From NCBI GenBank assembly GCA_007376285.1, contig VMFZ01000004.1, positions 300-64,299 on the forward strand: 64,000 nucleotides of DNA, written 5' to 3'. Positions 31,076-39,983 of the stretch are shown here, in pieces. The first letter of the stretch is position 1, and each line of letters opens with the position of its first letter. Source of the DNA: Parcubacteria group bacterium Gr01-1014_17. Its GTDB lineage: Bacteria; Patescibacteriota; Minisyncoccia; Phycocordibacterales; UBA10002. The notes below the pieces were generated by a model. The model was given only the letters and a program-made list of their open reading frames with translations, searched no databases and had not been told where the DNA came from. The translations under genes and the position numbers were made by a program.

Positions 31076-31732
31076 TCATGCTTTCCGCTTCTGCTCGTAG
31101 CCGGGTTCTTCCCAAACCTCAACATAATATTCCTCTCCATCTCCCCGGACAACCAAGAATGGATCCCTCTGCACTTTCTCCACGATCATCTCGTCGATGA
31201 AAAAAGTTGCACCGCACACGCGCTGGTGAATCTCTTTGGCGGTAGCCAATGCGAATCCGGGTACAGGACCGCTATACTCCTTGAGTGGAGTAATTTTCCA
31301 GAACGCCCTGTCTTTAGTAGACATGGAGCACACGAGAATGATGAACAGAACGACAAACATGGCGACGAAACCGGAAGCACAAACTGAACTAATCGTCTTG
31401 ACCAAGCCAGCATCATTTGAGACAAAGATTATTGAACTTGCAACCGCCAAAACGATAGATACTCCAAAAAACTTAAACAGCGGAATTAATCTGTTGTCGT
31501 CCCCGAATTTCTTTATCTGCTCTTCTTTGTATTTCCGCACCGAATCGTGACTGAATGGAGTGATACCGGCAATACGCAATGCACATGCAAGCGACCCCTC
31601 CTTGCAGAGTTTTTCTTTTTGAGGATGGTGGTAGCCCAATTGTTCGTGGGCATAGTCCAAGACATCCTGTGTCATGGCTTCTTCTGGATCAATTTTTGGC
31701 AAAGAACGCCGTTCGAGTGTGGTAGTATTCAT
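31076..31732 (-). CDS. Hypothetical 2-TM protein between ftsA and ftsZ
   Basis: 218-aa ORF, DPFLVV..WEEP; own TTGACA-17-TATACT promoter at ~31815-31843. Confidence 0.75.
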   Translation of the reverse strand: MNTTTLERRSLPKIDPEEAMTQDVLDYAHEQLGYHHPQKEKLCKEGSLACALRIAGITPFSHDSVRKYKEEQIKKFGDDNRLIPLFKFFGVSIVLAVASSIIFVSNDAGLVKTISSVCASGFVAMFVVLFIILVCSMSTKDRAFWKITPLKEYSGPVPGFALATAKEIHQRVCGATFFIDEMIVEKVQRDPFLVVRGDGEEYYVEVWEEPGYEQKRKA

Positions 31733-31884
31733 CTTTCTCCCGTCCTTTCTTTATTTGTTGTTATTCGTTGGAACTTGCAGTGTAGGTAAAGACACACATC
31801 TTTATCTGGGTCAGAGTATAGCACACCCCATTTTTCCTGTCAACTCTTTTTTTTAAGAAAGGGTGATATGATGCCCGTACATTT

Positions 31885-33039
31885 ATGCCTTTAATTACAC
31901 CGGATGTAGAAGCGTTTGCGCGGATAAAAGTGTTCGGTATCGGCGGCTCGGGCAAAAATGCCTTGAACCATATGATCAACTCCAAGGTCAAAGGAGTTGA
32001 GTTTGTCGCAATCAACACAGACGCGCAAGACCTGCATAACACGCTCGCCAAAAAGAAAATCCATATTGGAAAGAATGTTACGCGCGGGTTGGGCGCCGGT
32101 ATGAATCCTGAAGTGGGCAAGCGCGCCGTTGAAGAAACGAAAGAAGAAATACAGGAAGCGACGAAAGGCGCGGATATGGTGTTCATTGCTGGCGGGCTCG
32201 GCGGCGGCACTTTCAGCGGCGCCGCGCCCATGGTAGCCAAAACCGCGAAAGAACTCGGTGCGCTTACTGTCGCGGTAACGACTAAGCCGTTCTTTTTTGA
32301 GGGCTCGCAGAGAATGAAAATTGCGGAGCAGTGGCTTGAAGAACTCCGTAAGAGCGTTGACGCAATTATTATCATTCCGAATGACCGCTTGCTCGCTTCC
32401 ATCACCAAAGACACGACCGCCAAAGCCGCGTTCGGCACCTGCGACGAAGTGCTCCGGCAAGCCGTGGAAGGAATTTCTGACTTGATTACTACGCCGGGTA
32501 TTATCAACTTGGACTTTGCAGATATTCGTGCGATTTTGGAAAATGCTGGCTCGGCGCTTATGGGCATAGGGAGCGCAACCGGCGACAAACGCGCCGAGGA
32601 AGCCGCGAAAGCCGCCATCAATTCCCCGCTTCTTGAAGTGTCCATCAACGGCGCGAAGGGCGTGCTCTTCTCTATTGCGGGCGGCGACGACCTCACGATG
32701 TTTGAAATACAAGAGGCCGCAAAGATTATTACGGAATCAATAGACCCGAATGCCAAAGTGATTTTCGGCACCATCCGCGATGAAAAGCTAAAGAAAGGCG
32801 AAATTAAAATTACAGTCATTGCATCTGGCTTTCCAGAAAGCGCACTGCCGCGCAAATCGCTTTTTACCGGACTTATGAATAGCGGCGCAGACGACGACAA
32901 GCGCGGGAAGCAGAACACGGTTTCTGCATCTGCTTCCATTATTACCAAAGAAACAAAGTCGGACGAGAAAAAAGGGTCCGCTAGCGAAGACGACGACTGG
33001 GGTTCTGTGCCTGCGTTTCTAAGACGGGCGAAGAAGTAA
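31885..33039 (+). CDS. ftsZ: Cell division protein FtsZ
   Basis: NTDAQ, GLGAG, GGGTFSG, INLDFAD, C-terminal VPAFLRR. Confidence 0.97.
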   Translation: MPLITPDVEAFARIKVFGIGGSGKNALNHMINSKVKGVEFVAINTDAQDLHNTLAKKKIHIGKNVTRGLGAGMNPEVGKRAVEETKEEIQEATKGADMVFIAGGLGGGTFSGAAPMVAKTAKELGALTVAVTTKPFFFEGSQRMKIAEQWLEELRKSVDAIIIIPNDRLLASITKDTTAKAAFGTCDEVLRQAVEGISDLITTPGIINLDFADIRAILENAGSALMGIGSATGDKRAEEAAKAAINSPLLEVSINGAKGVLFSIAGGDDLTMFEIQEAAKIITESIDPNAKVIFGTIRDEKLKKGEIKITVIASGFPESALPRKSLFTGLMNSGADDDKRGKQNTVSASASIITKETKSDEKKGSASEDDDWGSVPAFLRRAKK

Positions 33040-33044
33040 AGGGC

Positions 33045-33212
33045 GCTCGCATAGCTCCCGTGTCCGAACACGCATACCCGCCGCCAGCGCGGCGAGTTGC
33101 TCTGCTCGGCTCGGCGTTGTCAAGAGCCCTCGTCCGCCTAAGGTGGACTCGGGTCGTTGACAAACCGTGCCGCCTCGCCTCCGCAAGGTCGCGGACACGG
33201 GACTATGCTCGC
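33045..33212. repeat. ~165-bp fold-back repeat, copy 2
   Basis: Matches 30664-30821 except one substitution and a swapped inner hairpin. Confidence 0.93.
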
Positions 33213-33331
33213 TTGCGTTTTTCTTTCTGGCACCAGATGTCTGCAATTTAGACATCTGGTGCCTCTCTATCCAAGTATTTTGCAAAATATTTGTAGGGAC
33301 TAATTCGTGAGAATTAGAGAATAGACAAAGA

Positions 33332-33365
33332 AAAACCCGCGACCATATTTCAGATCGCGGGTTTT
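33332..33365 (-). terminator. Intrinsic terminator for 33391-34038
   Basis: AAAACCCGCGA..TCGCGGGTTTT. Confidence 0.7.
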
Positions 33366-33390
33366 AGTTAGATGGTATTTCCAAATCCAC

Positions 33391-34038
33391 CTAACATGAC
33401 ACCAGTCCAGCTTCGCGTAGGGTGCGATCGAGGAACTGCGCTTTCACTAACACCTGCCGTGCGAGGTCTCGTCGGCTGCTATAATACATCGGTGCACTCA
33501 GCAAGAGTTGGAACGAAGCGAAGCCGAGACCGCCGAGGATGCCCCACTTCAGGAAAGTGAGGAACATTCCCAGATTCATTCCCAGATTGAAGACCGCTTT
33601 GTTGATCTGTGTCTCGCTGTAGTAGCCGATCGCGAAGATCACCATGGCAGCGATCACCGGAATCAAGAACGTCATGCCGAACTGGAACTTAGGAAACCTC
33701 ACGGGTGAGGCCATGTGTATGTAGCTCGGAATGCGGCCCATGATAATCCAGTCGTCGAGCGACAGGACATTCTTGAGGTGTTCTGTGGTGCTCTCCGCTT
33801 CGCGCTGATACTTCTTCGAGCAACACGCATTGTTATGGAAGTACGGGAAACGAATGCGTAGGTTCTCCTTCACGAGCGGCTCCACAACTTGTTCGAAGGT
33901 GTAGCGTCCAAGGAGTACTTCGTTGACGACAGGGGCCTTTTGCTTCCATATTTCGACGAGATTGAAGAGGGATTGCCTTCTGTCCACATATTCGGGGAGC
34001 GATACTGCTTCACGGACGGATGAGTAGAATTCACTCAT
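33391..34038 (-). CDS. Hypothetical 2-TM protein
   Basis: 215-aa ORF with SD GAAAGGA and TTGACA-17-TAGGCT promoter. Confidence 0.7.
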   Translation of the reverse strand: MSEFYSSVREAVSLPEYVDRRQSLFNLVEIWKQKAPVVNEVLLGRYTFEQVVEPLVKENLRIRFPYFHNNACCSKKYQREAESTTEHLKNVLSLDDWIIMGRIPSYIHMASPVRFPKFQFGMTFLIPVIAAMVIFAIGYYSETQINKAVFNLGMNLGMFLTFLKWGILGGLGFASFQLLLSAPMYYSSRRDLARQVLVKAQFLDRTLREAGLVSC

Positions 34039-34173
34039 AATTTTCCTTTCGTTATTGATTTTTTTACCAAAGAACTTTCACTACTAGCCTAGCATAAGAT
34101 ATATATCTTGTCAAGTTGTTGTACTCGTCCGTAACATACGGCCCTATAAAGCCCTATTTCAATAGGCGGTGGG

Positions 34174-34253
34174 AAAACGAAAACACCGCCCTTGCGGGCG
34201 GTGTTTTCTATCCAACTGACGAAAGCACAGAATGCCATCGCCGGACTTGGTAT
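34174..34253 (-). ncRNA. Putative ~80-nt small RNA antisense to the adjacent tRNA-like element
   Basis: TTGACA(34287-34282)-16-TATACT(34265-34260) promoter, internal hairpin, terminator 34179-34208; 19-nt and 15-nt complementarity to 34335-34368. Confidence 0.7.
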
Positions 34254-34313
34254 GCAGTGAGTATAGCAAACGCTTATTTTGTGTCAAGTTGTTCTGTGGA
34301 TAACACTCTCGTA

Positions 34314-34384
34314 CAGCCGGTAGAGGGATTCGAACCCTCGTCAGTCGGAATACCAAGTCCGACAACGGAACCATCCTACCGGCT
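34314..34384 (-). ncRNA. Aberrant tRNA-like RNA (minimal D-arm, 6-bp anticodon stem, 8-nt loop CTTGGTAT)
   Basis: Acceptor AGCCGGTA/TACCGGCT, perfect T-arm GAGGG-TTCGAAT-CCCTC, extended -10 TGATATACT just upstream. Confidence 0.75.
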
Positions 34385-34440
34385 TGAGTAAAAGTATATC
34401 ATATTCATTTTTTGATTTGCTTTCATGTTATACTTTTTCT

Positions 34441-35364
34441 ATGACTTACGACTTAGCTATTATTGGCGGAGGACCGGCTGGCGTGGCGGCAGGAGTGTAT
34501 GCGGCGCGGAAGAAATTGAAGACGGTTTTTATTACGAAGGACTGGGGCGGGCAGAGTAGCGTTTCTACTGGTATTGAAAACTGGATAGGAACGGTGCGGT
34601 TGGACGGCGCGGAACTGGCGAAAAATCTGGAAGTGCACCTGCGCGCGTACATAGCCGATACGGTTACGATACAAGACGGCGAATGGGTACAGCATGTCGC
34701 GCAAAATGGCGCGGATTTTCGCATTACAACCGACGCGGGTGCATATGACGCGCGCGCGGTCCTTGTTGCAACAGGGAGCGCGCGCCGAAAACTGCAAGCA
34801 AAAGGCGCGGACCGGCTAGAGCATAAAGGAATCACCTACTGCGCGTCTTGCGACGGACCTGTGTTTGCGGGGAAAAATGTGGCAGTTATAGGCGGCGGCA
34901 ATGCGGCGTTTGAAACCGCGGCACAGCTCCTCGCCTACTGCCCGACGGTTACTATTATTCATCGACGCGATTCATTTAAGGCAGATGAGATTATTGTTGA
35001 GCGCGTGCTTGCGAACCCAAAAACACGCGTCATTAAAAATGCAGACATTACTGAAGTGAAAGGCGAAAAGTTCGTTCAAGAAATTATATACAAAGACAAA
35101 ACAACTGGCGTGGAACAATCGCTCGCAGTGGAAGGCGTCTTTGTAGAAATCGGCTCAACCCCCGCGACGGATTTCGTTGCGGAGATTGTGAAGCGAAACC
35201 ACTATAATCAAATTATTACTGACTCGAAGACGCAACGCGCGAGTATAGAGGGCGTTTGGGCAGCCGGTGACTGCACCGACGGCTTATACCACCAAAACAA
35301 CATTGCCGCGGGCGACGCCGTCAAAGCGCTGGAGGATGTTTATTTATACTTGCATGGGAAATAA
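34441..35364 (+). CDS. Thioredoxin reductase / AhpF-like flavoprotein
   Basis: GGGPAG, YCASCDG, GGGNAA, AAGD. Confidence 0.92.
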   Translation: MTYDLAIIGGGPAGVAAGVYAARKKLKTVFITKDWGGQSSVSTGIENWIGTVRLDGAELAKNLEVHLRAYIADTVTIQDGEWVQHVAQNGADFRITTDAGAYDARAVLVATGSARRKLQAKGADRLEHKGITYCASCDGPVFAGKNVAVIGGGNAAFETAAQLLAYCPTVTIIHRRDSFKADEIIVERVLANPKTRVIKNADITEVKGEKFVQEIIYKDKTTGVEQSLAVEGVFVEIGSTPATDFVAEIVKRNHYNQIITDSKTQRASIEGVWAAGDCTDGLYHQNNIAAGDAVKALEDVYLYLHGK

Positions 35365-35365
35365 A

Positions 35366-35438
35366 TGGGCGGTATAAGAATTGCACTTATTGCCTCCTCG
35401 ACGTCAACGAGGCGCTCTGCTAAATGAGCTAACCGCCC
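35366..35438 (-). tRNA. tRNA-Val(GAC)
   Basis: GGGCGGT/ACCGCCC acceptor, CCTCG-TTGACGT-CGAGG; atypical T-loop TGCAATT. Confidence 0.85.
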
Positions 35439-35470
35439 ATACTGACGCGAGTTTATATCAAAAACTCGCA

Positions 35471-35561
35471 TGGCGGAAGGGGTGGGATTCGAACCCACGT
35501 TGGGCTTGCGCCCACATCCGATTTCGAGTCGGTGCCGTTATGACCACTTCGGTACCCTTCC
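35471..35561 (-). tRNA. tRNA-Ser(CGA)
   Basis: Long variable arm, loop CTCGAAA, TTCGAAT, ends GCCA. Confidence 0.92.
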
Positions 35562-35624
35562 ATCGCAATTTTTTAACTATATCATTTTTTGAGATTTTCT
35601 CAAAAAGTGTTATGCTTTTCGCAC

Positions 35625-35699
35625 GGCCCTATCGTCTAGCCTGGCCTAGGACGCGAGCTTTTCAAGCTTGAAACCCGGGTTCGAATCCCGGTGGGGTCA
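35625..35699 (+). tRNA. tRNA-Glu(TTC)
   Basis: CGAGC-TTTTCAA-GCTTG, CCGGG-TTCGAAT-CCCGG. Confidence 0.92.
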
Positions 35700-37220
35700 A
35701 TGAATCTCATAGAACTCCTTGAACCGAAACCGGAAAATGGGGAGCGGCCGTTTGTATTTTGGATGCAAAAACACGCGGCAGTGATGGTGCTTTTGGTGTC
35801 GCTGTTTGCTTTATATGGATTTTTCCTTACGCATAAAATTGATTTAACTACAGCCGACATCGGGAGGCACATCAAAAACGGAGAAATAATGTTTAAGGAC
35901 TCAGCTGTTCTTTCCAAAAACTACTACTCGTACACGAATCCGGATTTTCCTGTTTTAAACCACCACTTTGCAAGTGGCGCGCTATTTTACTTCGCGTATA
36001 AACTCGGTGGATTTCCGGCGGTACAGCTTTTTTTTATTCTACTTTCTTTTTCCGCATTCGCTGTATTTCTCCTTGCATCGCGCGGACGCGCGCAATGGGG
36101 CATCATTGGTTTTGTTGCGCTTCTTGCAATCCCTCTCCTTGGTGAACGGACCGAGATTCGCCCAGAGGTCTGGAGCTATCTTTTTGCCGGATTATTTTTT
36201 TTCGTACTATCGCGCGCTTCGCGTAGCGCGCACACCAAAACCCTTTGGCTTTTGCCGCTTCTGGAAATATTCTGGGTAAATACGCATATATATTTTCTGC
36301 TGGGACCGCTTTTGGTTGGCGCGTTTTTGGTAGAAGCGCTTTTACAAAAACGCATTGCTTTTTTGCGTCTATTTGCTGTATTTGGAACTACACTTGCGGC
36401 GATGTTTGTAAACCCATTTGGTTACCGTGCCATTACTGAAGCCGCAGGTATTTTTGAAAATTACGGGTACCGAATTGCGGAAAATCAATCGGTTTGGTTT
36501 TTGGAACAGCTCGGCATGCACAATCCGAACTTTCTTATATTTCAAATCGCGCTCGCACTGCTTGTACTATCTTATGTTGTTGTGCTTATAAAAAATCGCG
36601 CAGAGTTTCATCTCGCGCACTTTTTTGTTATGGCTGGCGTCGGCACGCTTGCTGTGTTTGCGACACGGAACTTTGCGCTCTTCGGACTTTTTCTTATTCC
36701 AATACTTTCAGAAAATATTACAGGTGCGTGGAAAAACCGCGGAGCGCATATACAATTGGAGCAGAGTGCGGCGTTTTGCGCTGTACTAATTTTCGCACTT
36801 TTTGTTATATTTTCCATACCGCGCCAATTCCCATACTGGCGAACATTCGGCATCGGGCTTGAATCTGGCAACAGTGCTGCGGAGAATTTTCTGCGCGAAA
36901 ACAAAATCCAAGGACCTTATTTCAATAACTACGACATCGGCGGATATCTTATTTTTCATCTATTTCCACGAGAAAAAGTGTTTGTAGACAACCGTCCTGA
37001 AGCGTACCCTGCGGCATTTTTCCAAAATGAATACATCCCAATGCAGGAAAACGAAGAAAAATGGAAAGAAGCGCTCGCACGCTATAACTTTAATGCGATT
37101 GTGTTTTCACAAAGAGACGCAACGCCGTGGGGACAAAAATTTCTCATCGCGCGCGTGCAAGACCCGCAGTGGGCGCCTGTGTTTGCCGACGGTCGGATTA
37201 TTATTTTTACGCGCCGATAA
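35700..37220 (+). CDS. Polytopic membrane protein, possibly GT-C glycosyltransferase-like
   Basis: DIGRHIKNG, RPE, WVNTH, GGYLI, VFVDNR; many TMs; coupled to GT2 gene. Confidence 0.7.
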   Translation: MNLIELLEPKPENGERPFVFWMQKHAAVMVLLVSLFALYGFFLTHKIDLTTADIGRHIKNGEIMFKDSAVLSKNYYSYTNPDFPVLNHHFASGALFYFAYKLGGFPAVQLFFILLSFSAFAVFLLASRGRAQWGIIGFVALLAIPLLGERTEIRPEVWSYLFAGLFFFVLSRASRSAHTKTLWLLPLLEIFWVNTHIYFLLGPLLVGAFLVEALLQKRIAFLRLFAVFGTTLAAMFVNPFGYRAITEAAGIFENYGYRIAENQSVWFLEQLGMHNPNFLIFQIALALLVLSYVVVLIKNRAEFHLAHFFVMAGVGTLAVFATRNFALFGLFLIPILSENITGAWKNRGAHIQLEQSAAFCAVLIFALFVIFSIPRQFPYWRTFGIGLESGNSAAENFLRENKIQGPYFNNYDIGGYLIFHLFPREKVFVDNRPEAYPAAFFQNEYIPMQENEEKWKEALARYNFNAIVFSQRDATPWGQKFLIARVQDPQWAPVFADGRIIIFTRR

Positions 37221-37909
37221 TGAACCAGTTGCTTTCAATCATCGTGCCAGCATACAACGAGGAGAAAACCATCGCTCGCGTATTGGCGCGGCTTATCGCA
37301 CTTTCATTTCCAAAAGGCGCGCTTGAAATTATCGTAGTGAATGACGGCTCAACTGACGGTACTGCCGCCGTGCTTGCGCAATTTCTCCAGAAAATCATTC
37401 TCATTTCGCATACGCAAAACCGCGGGAAGGGCGCGGCCATGCGCGCGGGCCTTGCCCGCGCGCATGGCCTGTACACAATCGCGCAAGACGCGGATGCGGA
37501 ATATGCGCCGGAAGAAATTCCTGCACTACTTGCAGAACTGCAAAATAGTCCCGACGCGGACGCGCTCTACGGCTCGCGGAACCTAACGCCAACTGGCCGC
37601 GGTTATGCGCATTATGTACTGGGCGCGTGGCTCCTGACGAAATGCGTCAATCTCGTTTTCCGCGCGCATCTAACCGACACTTATTCGTGCTACAAAATTA
37701 TGCGCACCGACTTATTCCGCTCGCTTAACCTAGCAAGCAACGGATTTGAAATTGAAATGGAAATCACGGCGCGACTCCTCAAAAACAAAAAGAAAATAAT
37801 TGAAGCGCCTATCTCGTACGCGCCGCGCGCGTTCCAGGAAGGTAAAAAAATCCGCTGGTTCGACGGCATTCGCGGGTTAGCGACGCTTCTACGCATCGTG
37901 TTAGAGTAG
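37220..37909 (+). CDS. Glycosyltransferase family 2 (DPM1-like)
   Basis: IVPAYNE, VNDGSTD, NRGKGAA, QDADAEY, FEIEME. Confidence 0.93.
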   Translation: MNQLLSIIVPAYNEEKTIARVLARLIALSFPKGALEIIVVNDGSTDGTAAVLAQFLQKIILISHTQNRGKGAAMRAGLARAHGLYTIAQDADAEYAPEEIPALLAELQNSPDADALYGSRNLTPTGRGYAHYVLGAWLLTKCVNLVFRAHLTDTYSCYKIMRTDLFRSLNLASNGFEIEMEITARLLKNKKKIIEAPISYAPRAFQEGKKIRWFDGIRGLATLLRIVLE

Positions 37910-37914
37910 TTTGT

Positions 37915-39060
37915 ATGGTTATTTTAGGCATAGAAACATCTTGCGATGAGACGGCCGTTTGTATTATAGAAGCAGATGGACCTCCTGAGAGCGCGGACAT
38001 CGTAATTCGCGCAAACATTACGCTCTCGCAAGCTGCGCTTCACGCGCCGTACGGGGGCGTCTTTCCCAACTTGGCGAAACGGGAGCATATAAAAAACTTA
38101 CCGGTGATTTTGGAAAGAGTCTTGAAGGAAGCAAAACTGGAGAACGATAAACCGGCGATTGATGCAATCGCCGTTACCTACGGTCCTGGTCTTGAGCCGT
38201 GCTTGTGGGCGGGTATTTCGTTTGCACAAGAGCTCGCGAAAAAATGGGGTGTGCAAATTATTCCGGTGAATCATATGGAAGGACACATTTTTTCGGCGCT
38301 GCTGCGCAGAAAAGATGAACCCGCCTCATCGGCGGGTCGCCTAGAAGGCGATTATCAACTACTCGCCCCTGACTTTCCAGCGCTTGCACTTTTGATAAGC
38401 GGTGGGCATACGGAATTGGATTTGATGGAGGGCTATGGAAAATATCGGCTGATTGGAGAAACGCGAGACGACGCAGTCGGCGAAGCGTTTGATAAAGTGG
38501 CGCGCCTGCTCGGACTTTCCTACCCAGGCGGACCGGAGATTTCGCGATTAGCCGAAGGTGTGCGAACCTCGGCGAGCTCCTCGCCTCCGTTCGCACTTCC
38601 GAGACCGATGCTCCACTCTCCAGACTACGACTTTTCTTTTTCTGGTATCAAAACCGCCGTGCTGTATTTGCTGAAAAAAATCGGCCCCCTCCCAACACCC
38701 GATGTTGATGGGCTTCAAACATCGGGTGTTGTTTGTGAAATCGCAAAAGAGTTTGAAGACGCCGTGACCGAAGTACTCGTATCAAAAACAAAAAAAGCGC
38801 TTCGCGAATACGGAGCGCAGACACTCATCGTCGCTGGCGGGGTCATTGCAAACACGCACATCCGTTCCGAATTTCGGAAACTCGGAACGGAAGAACATAT
38901 TGAACTCCTCATTCCCGAAATCCAGCACACGACCGACAACGCGCTGATGATTGCAGTTGCATCTTATGCGACTGCCATGAGCGGAGTCGAAGGGCTTCAG
39001 CGTATAACACGCCCCCTCCGCGCTGACGGGACGGCAAGAGTCGGCGAAAGAAATAACTGA
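37915..39060 (+). CDS. tsaD: tRNA t6A synthase TsaD
   Basis: GIETSCDET, HMEGH, SGGHT, DDAVGEAFDK, FSFSGIKT, DNALMI. Confidence 0.96.
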   Translation: MVILGIETSCDETAVCIIEADGPPESADIVIRANITLSQAALHAPYGGVFPNLAKREHIKNLPVILERVLKEAKLENDKPAIDAIAVTYGPGLEPCLWAGISFAQELAKKWGVQIIPVNHMEGHIFSALLRRKDEPASSAGRLEGDYQLLAPDFPALALLISGGHTELDLMEGYGKYRLIGETRDDAVGEAFDKVARLLGLSYPGGPEISRLAEGVRTSASSSPPFALPRPMLHSPDYDFSFSGIKTAVLYLLKKIGPLPTPDVDGLQTSGVVCEIAKEFEDAVTEVLVSKTKKALREYGAQTLIVAGGVIANTHIRSEFRKLGTEEHIELLIPEIQHTTDNALMIAVASYATAMSGVEGLQRITRPLRADGTARVGERNN

Positions 39061-39116
39061 ACGCAAATCTGCCAACCTGTTTTTGTGCATCAAAAAATGC
39101 TAGGATTTTAGGAATT

Positions 39117-39746
39117 ATGGCTTACATATTCTTAGACGAGAGCGGCGACCTCGGTTTTAAGAAAAAATCAAGCAAATGGTTTATCTTCACCATCGCCATG
39201 ACGCAAGACGCACGCGCGTTGGAACGAGTGGTAAAGCGCGTGTGGCGGACACTCAAAAAGAAGTATAAACGGCTCGGCGAACTGCACGCGTCTCACGAAA
39301 AAGACATCACCCGAAAACGGGTGTTACAGCAACTCGGTGGTGTGCCTGATCTCAAAGTGCTTTGCGTTATATTGAATAAACAAAAAGTATATGTAGATTT
39401 GCAAAACCAAAAGAACTACCTGTACAATTACACGGCAAATGTCCTTCTTGATCGGCTACACAATAAGGAAATACTGGTGCCTAAAGAACCGCTCCATGTA
39501 TTTATTGACGCAAAAGATACCAAAAAACACTTGAAAGAGAATTTCGTCCGCTATTTGAGCGATTCTATAAAAAAGCGTCGCGATGGAACATTCACGGTAG
39601 AGTTACACTCGTCGCACGAAAACAAATCACTCCAAGCAGTTGATTTTATTTCATGGGCGATATTTCGCAAATATGAACGGGGCGATTACGGATATTACGA
39701 AATCATCAAACACAAGATCGTTGAGGAAAAACTACTGTTTTCTTAA
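39117..39746 (+). CDS. DUF3800 family protein (RNase H-like fold)
   Basis: IFLDESGDLG, ELH, LQAVDF..WAIFRKYE. Confidence 0.85.
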   Translation: MAYIFLDESGDLGFKKKSSKWFIFTIAMTQDARALERVVKRVWRTLKKKYKRLGELHASHEKDITRKRVLQQLGGVPDLKVLCVILNKQKVYVDLQNQKNYLYNYTANVLLDRLHNKEILVPKEPLHVFIDAKDTKKHLKENFVRYLSDSIKKRRDGTFTVELHSSHENKSLQAVDFISWAIFRKYERGDYGYYEIIKHKIVEEKLLFS

Positions 39747-39812
39747 AAAAGAAAGCCCCTCGCTTTAACGGGTCACCATCCGGTAACCCAACGCGAGAGG
39801 TCTTACTTCTTA
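39745..39812 (-). ncRNA. Putative DUF3800-associated small RNA, convergent with the gene
   Basis: TTGACT-16-TATACT promoter (39846-39819); nested stems CCTCTCGC/GCGAGGGG and GGGTTACC/GGTGACCC; T-run. Confidence 0.65.
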
Positions 39813-39983
39813 TCACAGAGTATAGCGAACGCTCGGTATAAGTCAAGCGGATTATCCACACCACCGTTTGTTGTCAAATTGTTGTCAAAACGGCTCATAT
39901 TCAAGCACCAGATGTTGATAGGCGGCAAACATCTGGTGCATGGATTTGATGGGCTAAAAATGCTATGATGTCAGAACAAAAAT

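Noticed and set aside
31761-33071. 436-aa antisense ORF and similar shadow ORFs opposite topA, clpB, pheT
   Set aside because: Antisense to well-supported conserved genes and without recognisable motifs
34314-34384. tRNA-Sec or tRNA-Pyl
   Set aside because: No UCA or CUA anticodon and no long variable arm, despite a long acceptor stem and 6-bp anticodon stem
34295-39860. Replication origin from DnaA boxes
   Set aside because: Boxes are isolated, not clustered, and dnaA is absent from the window
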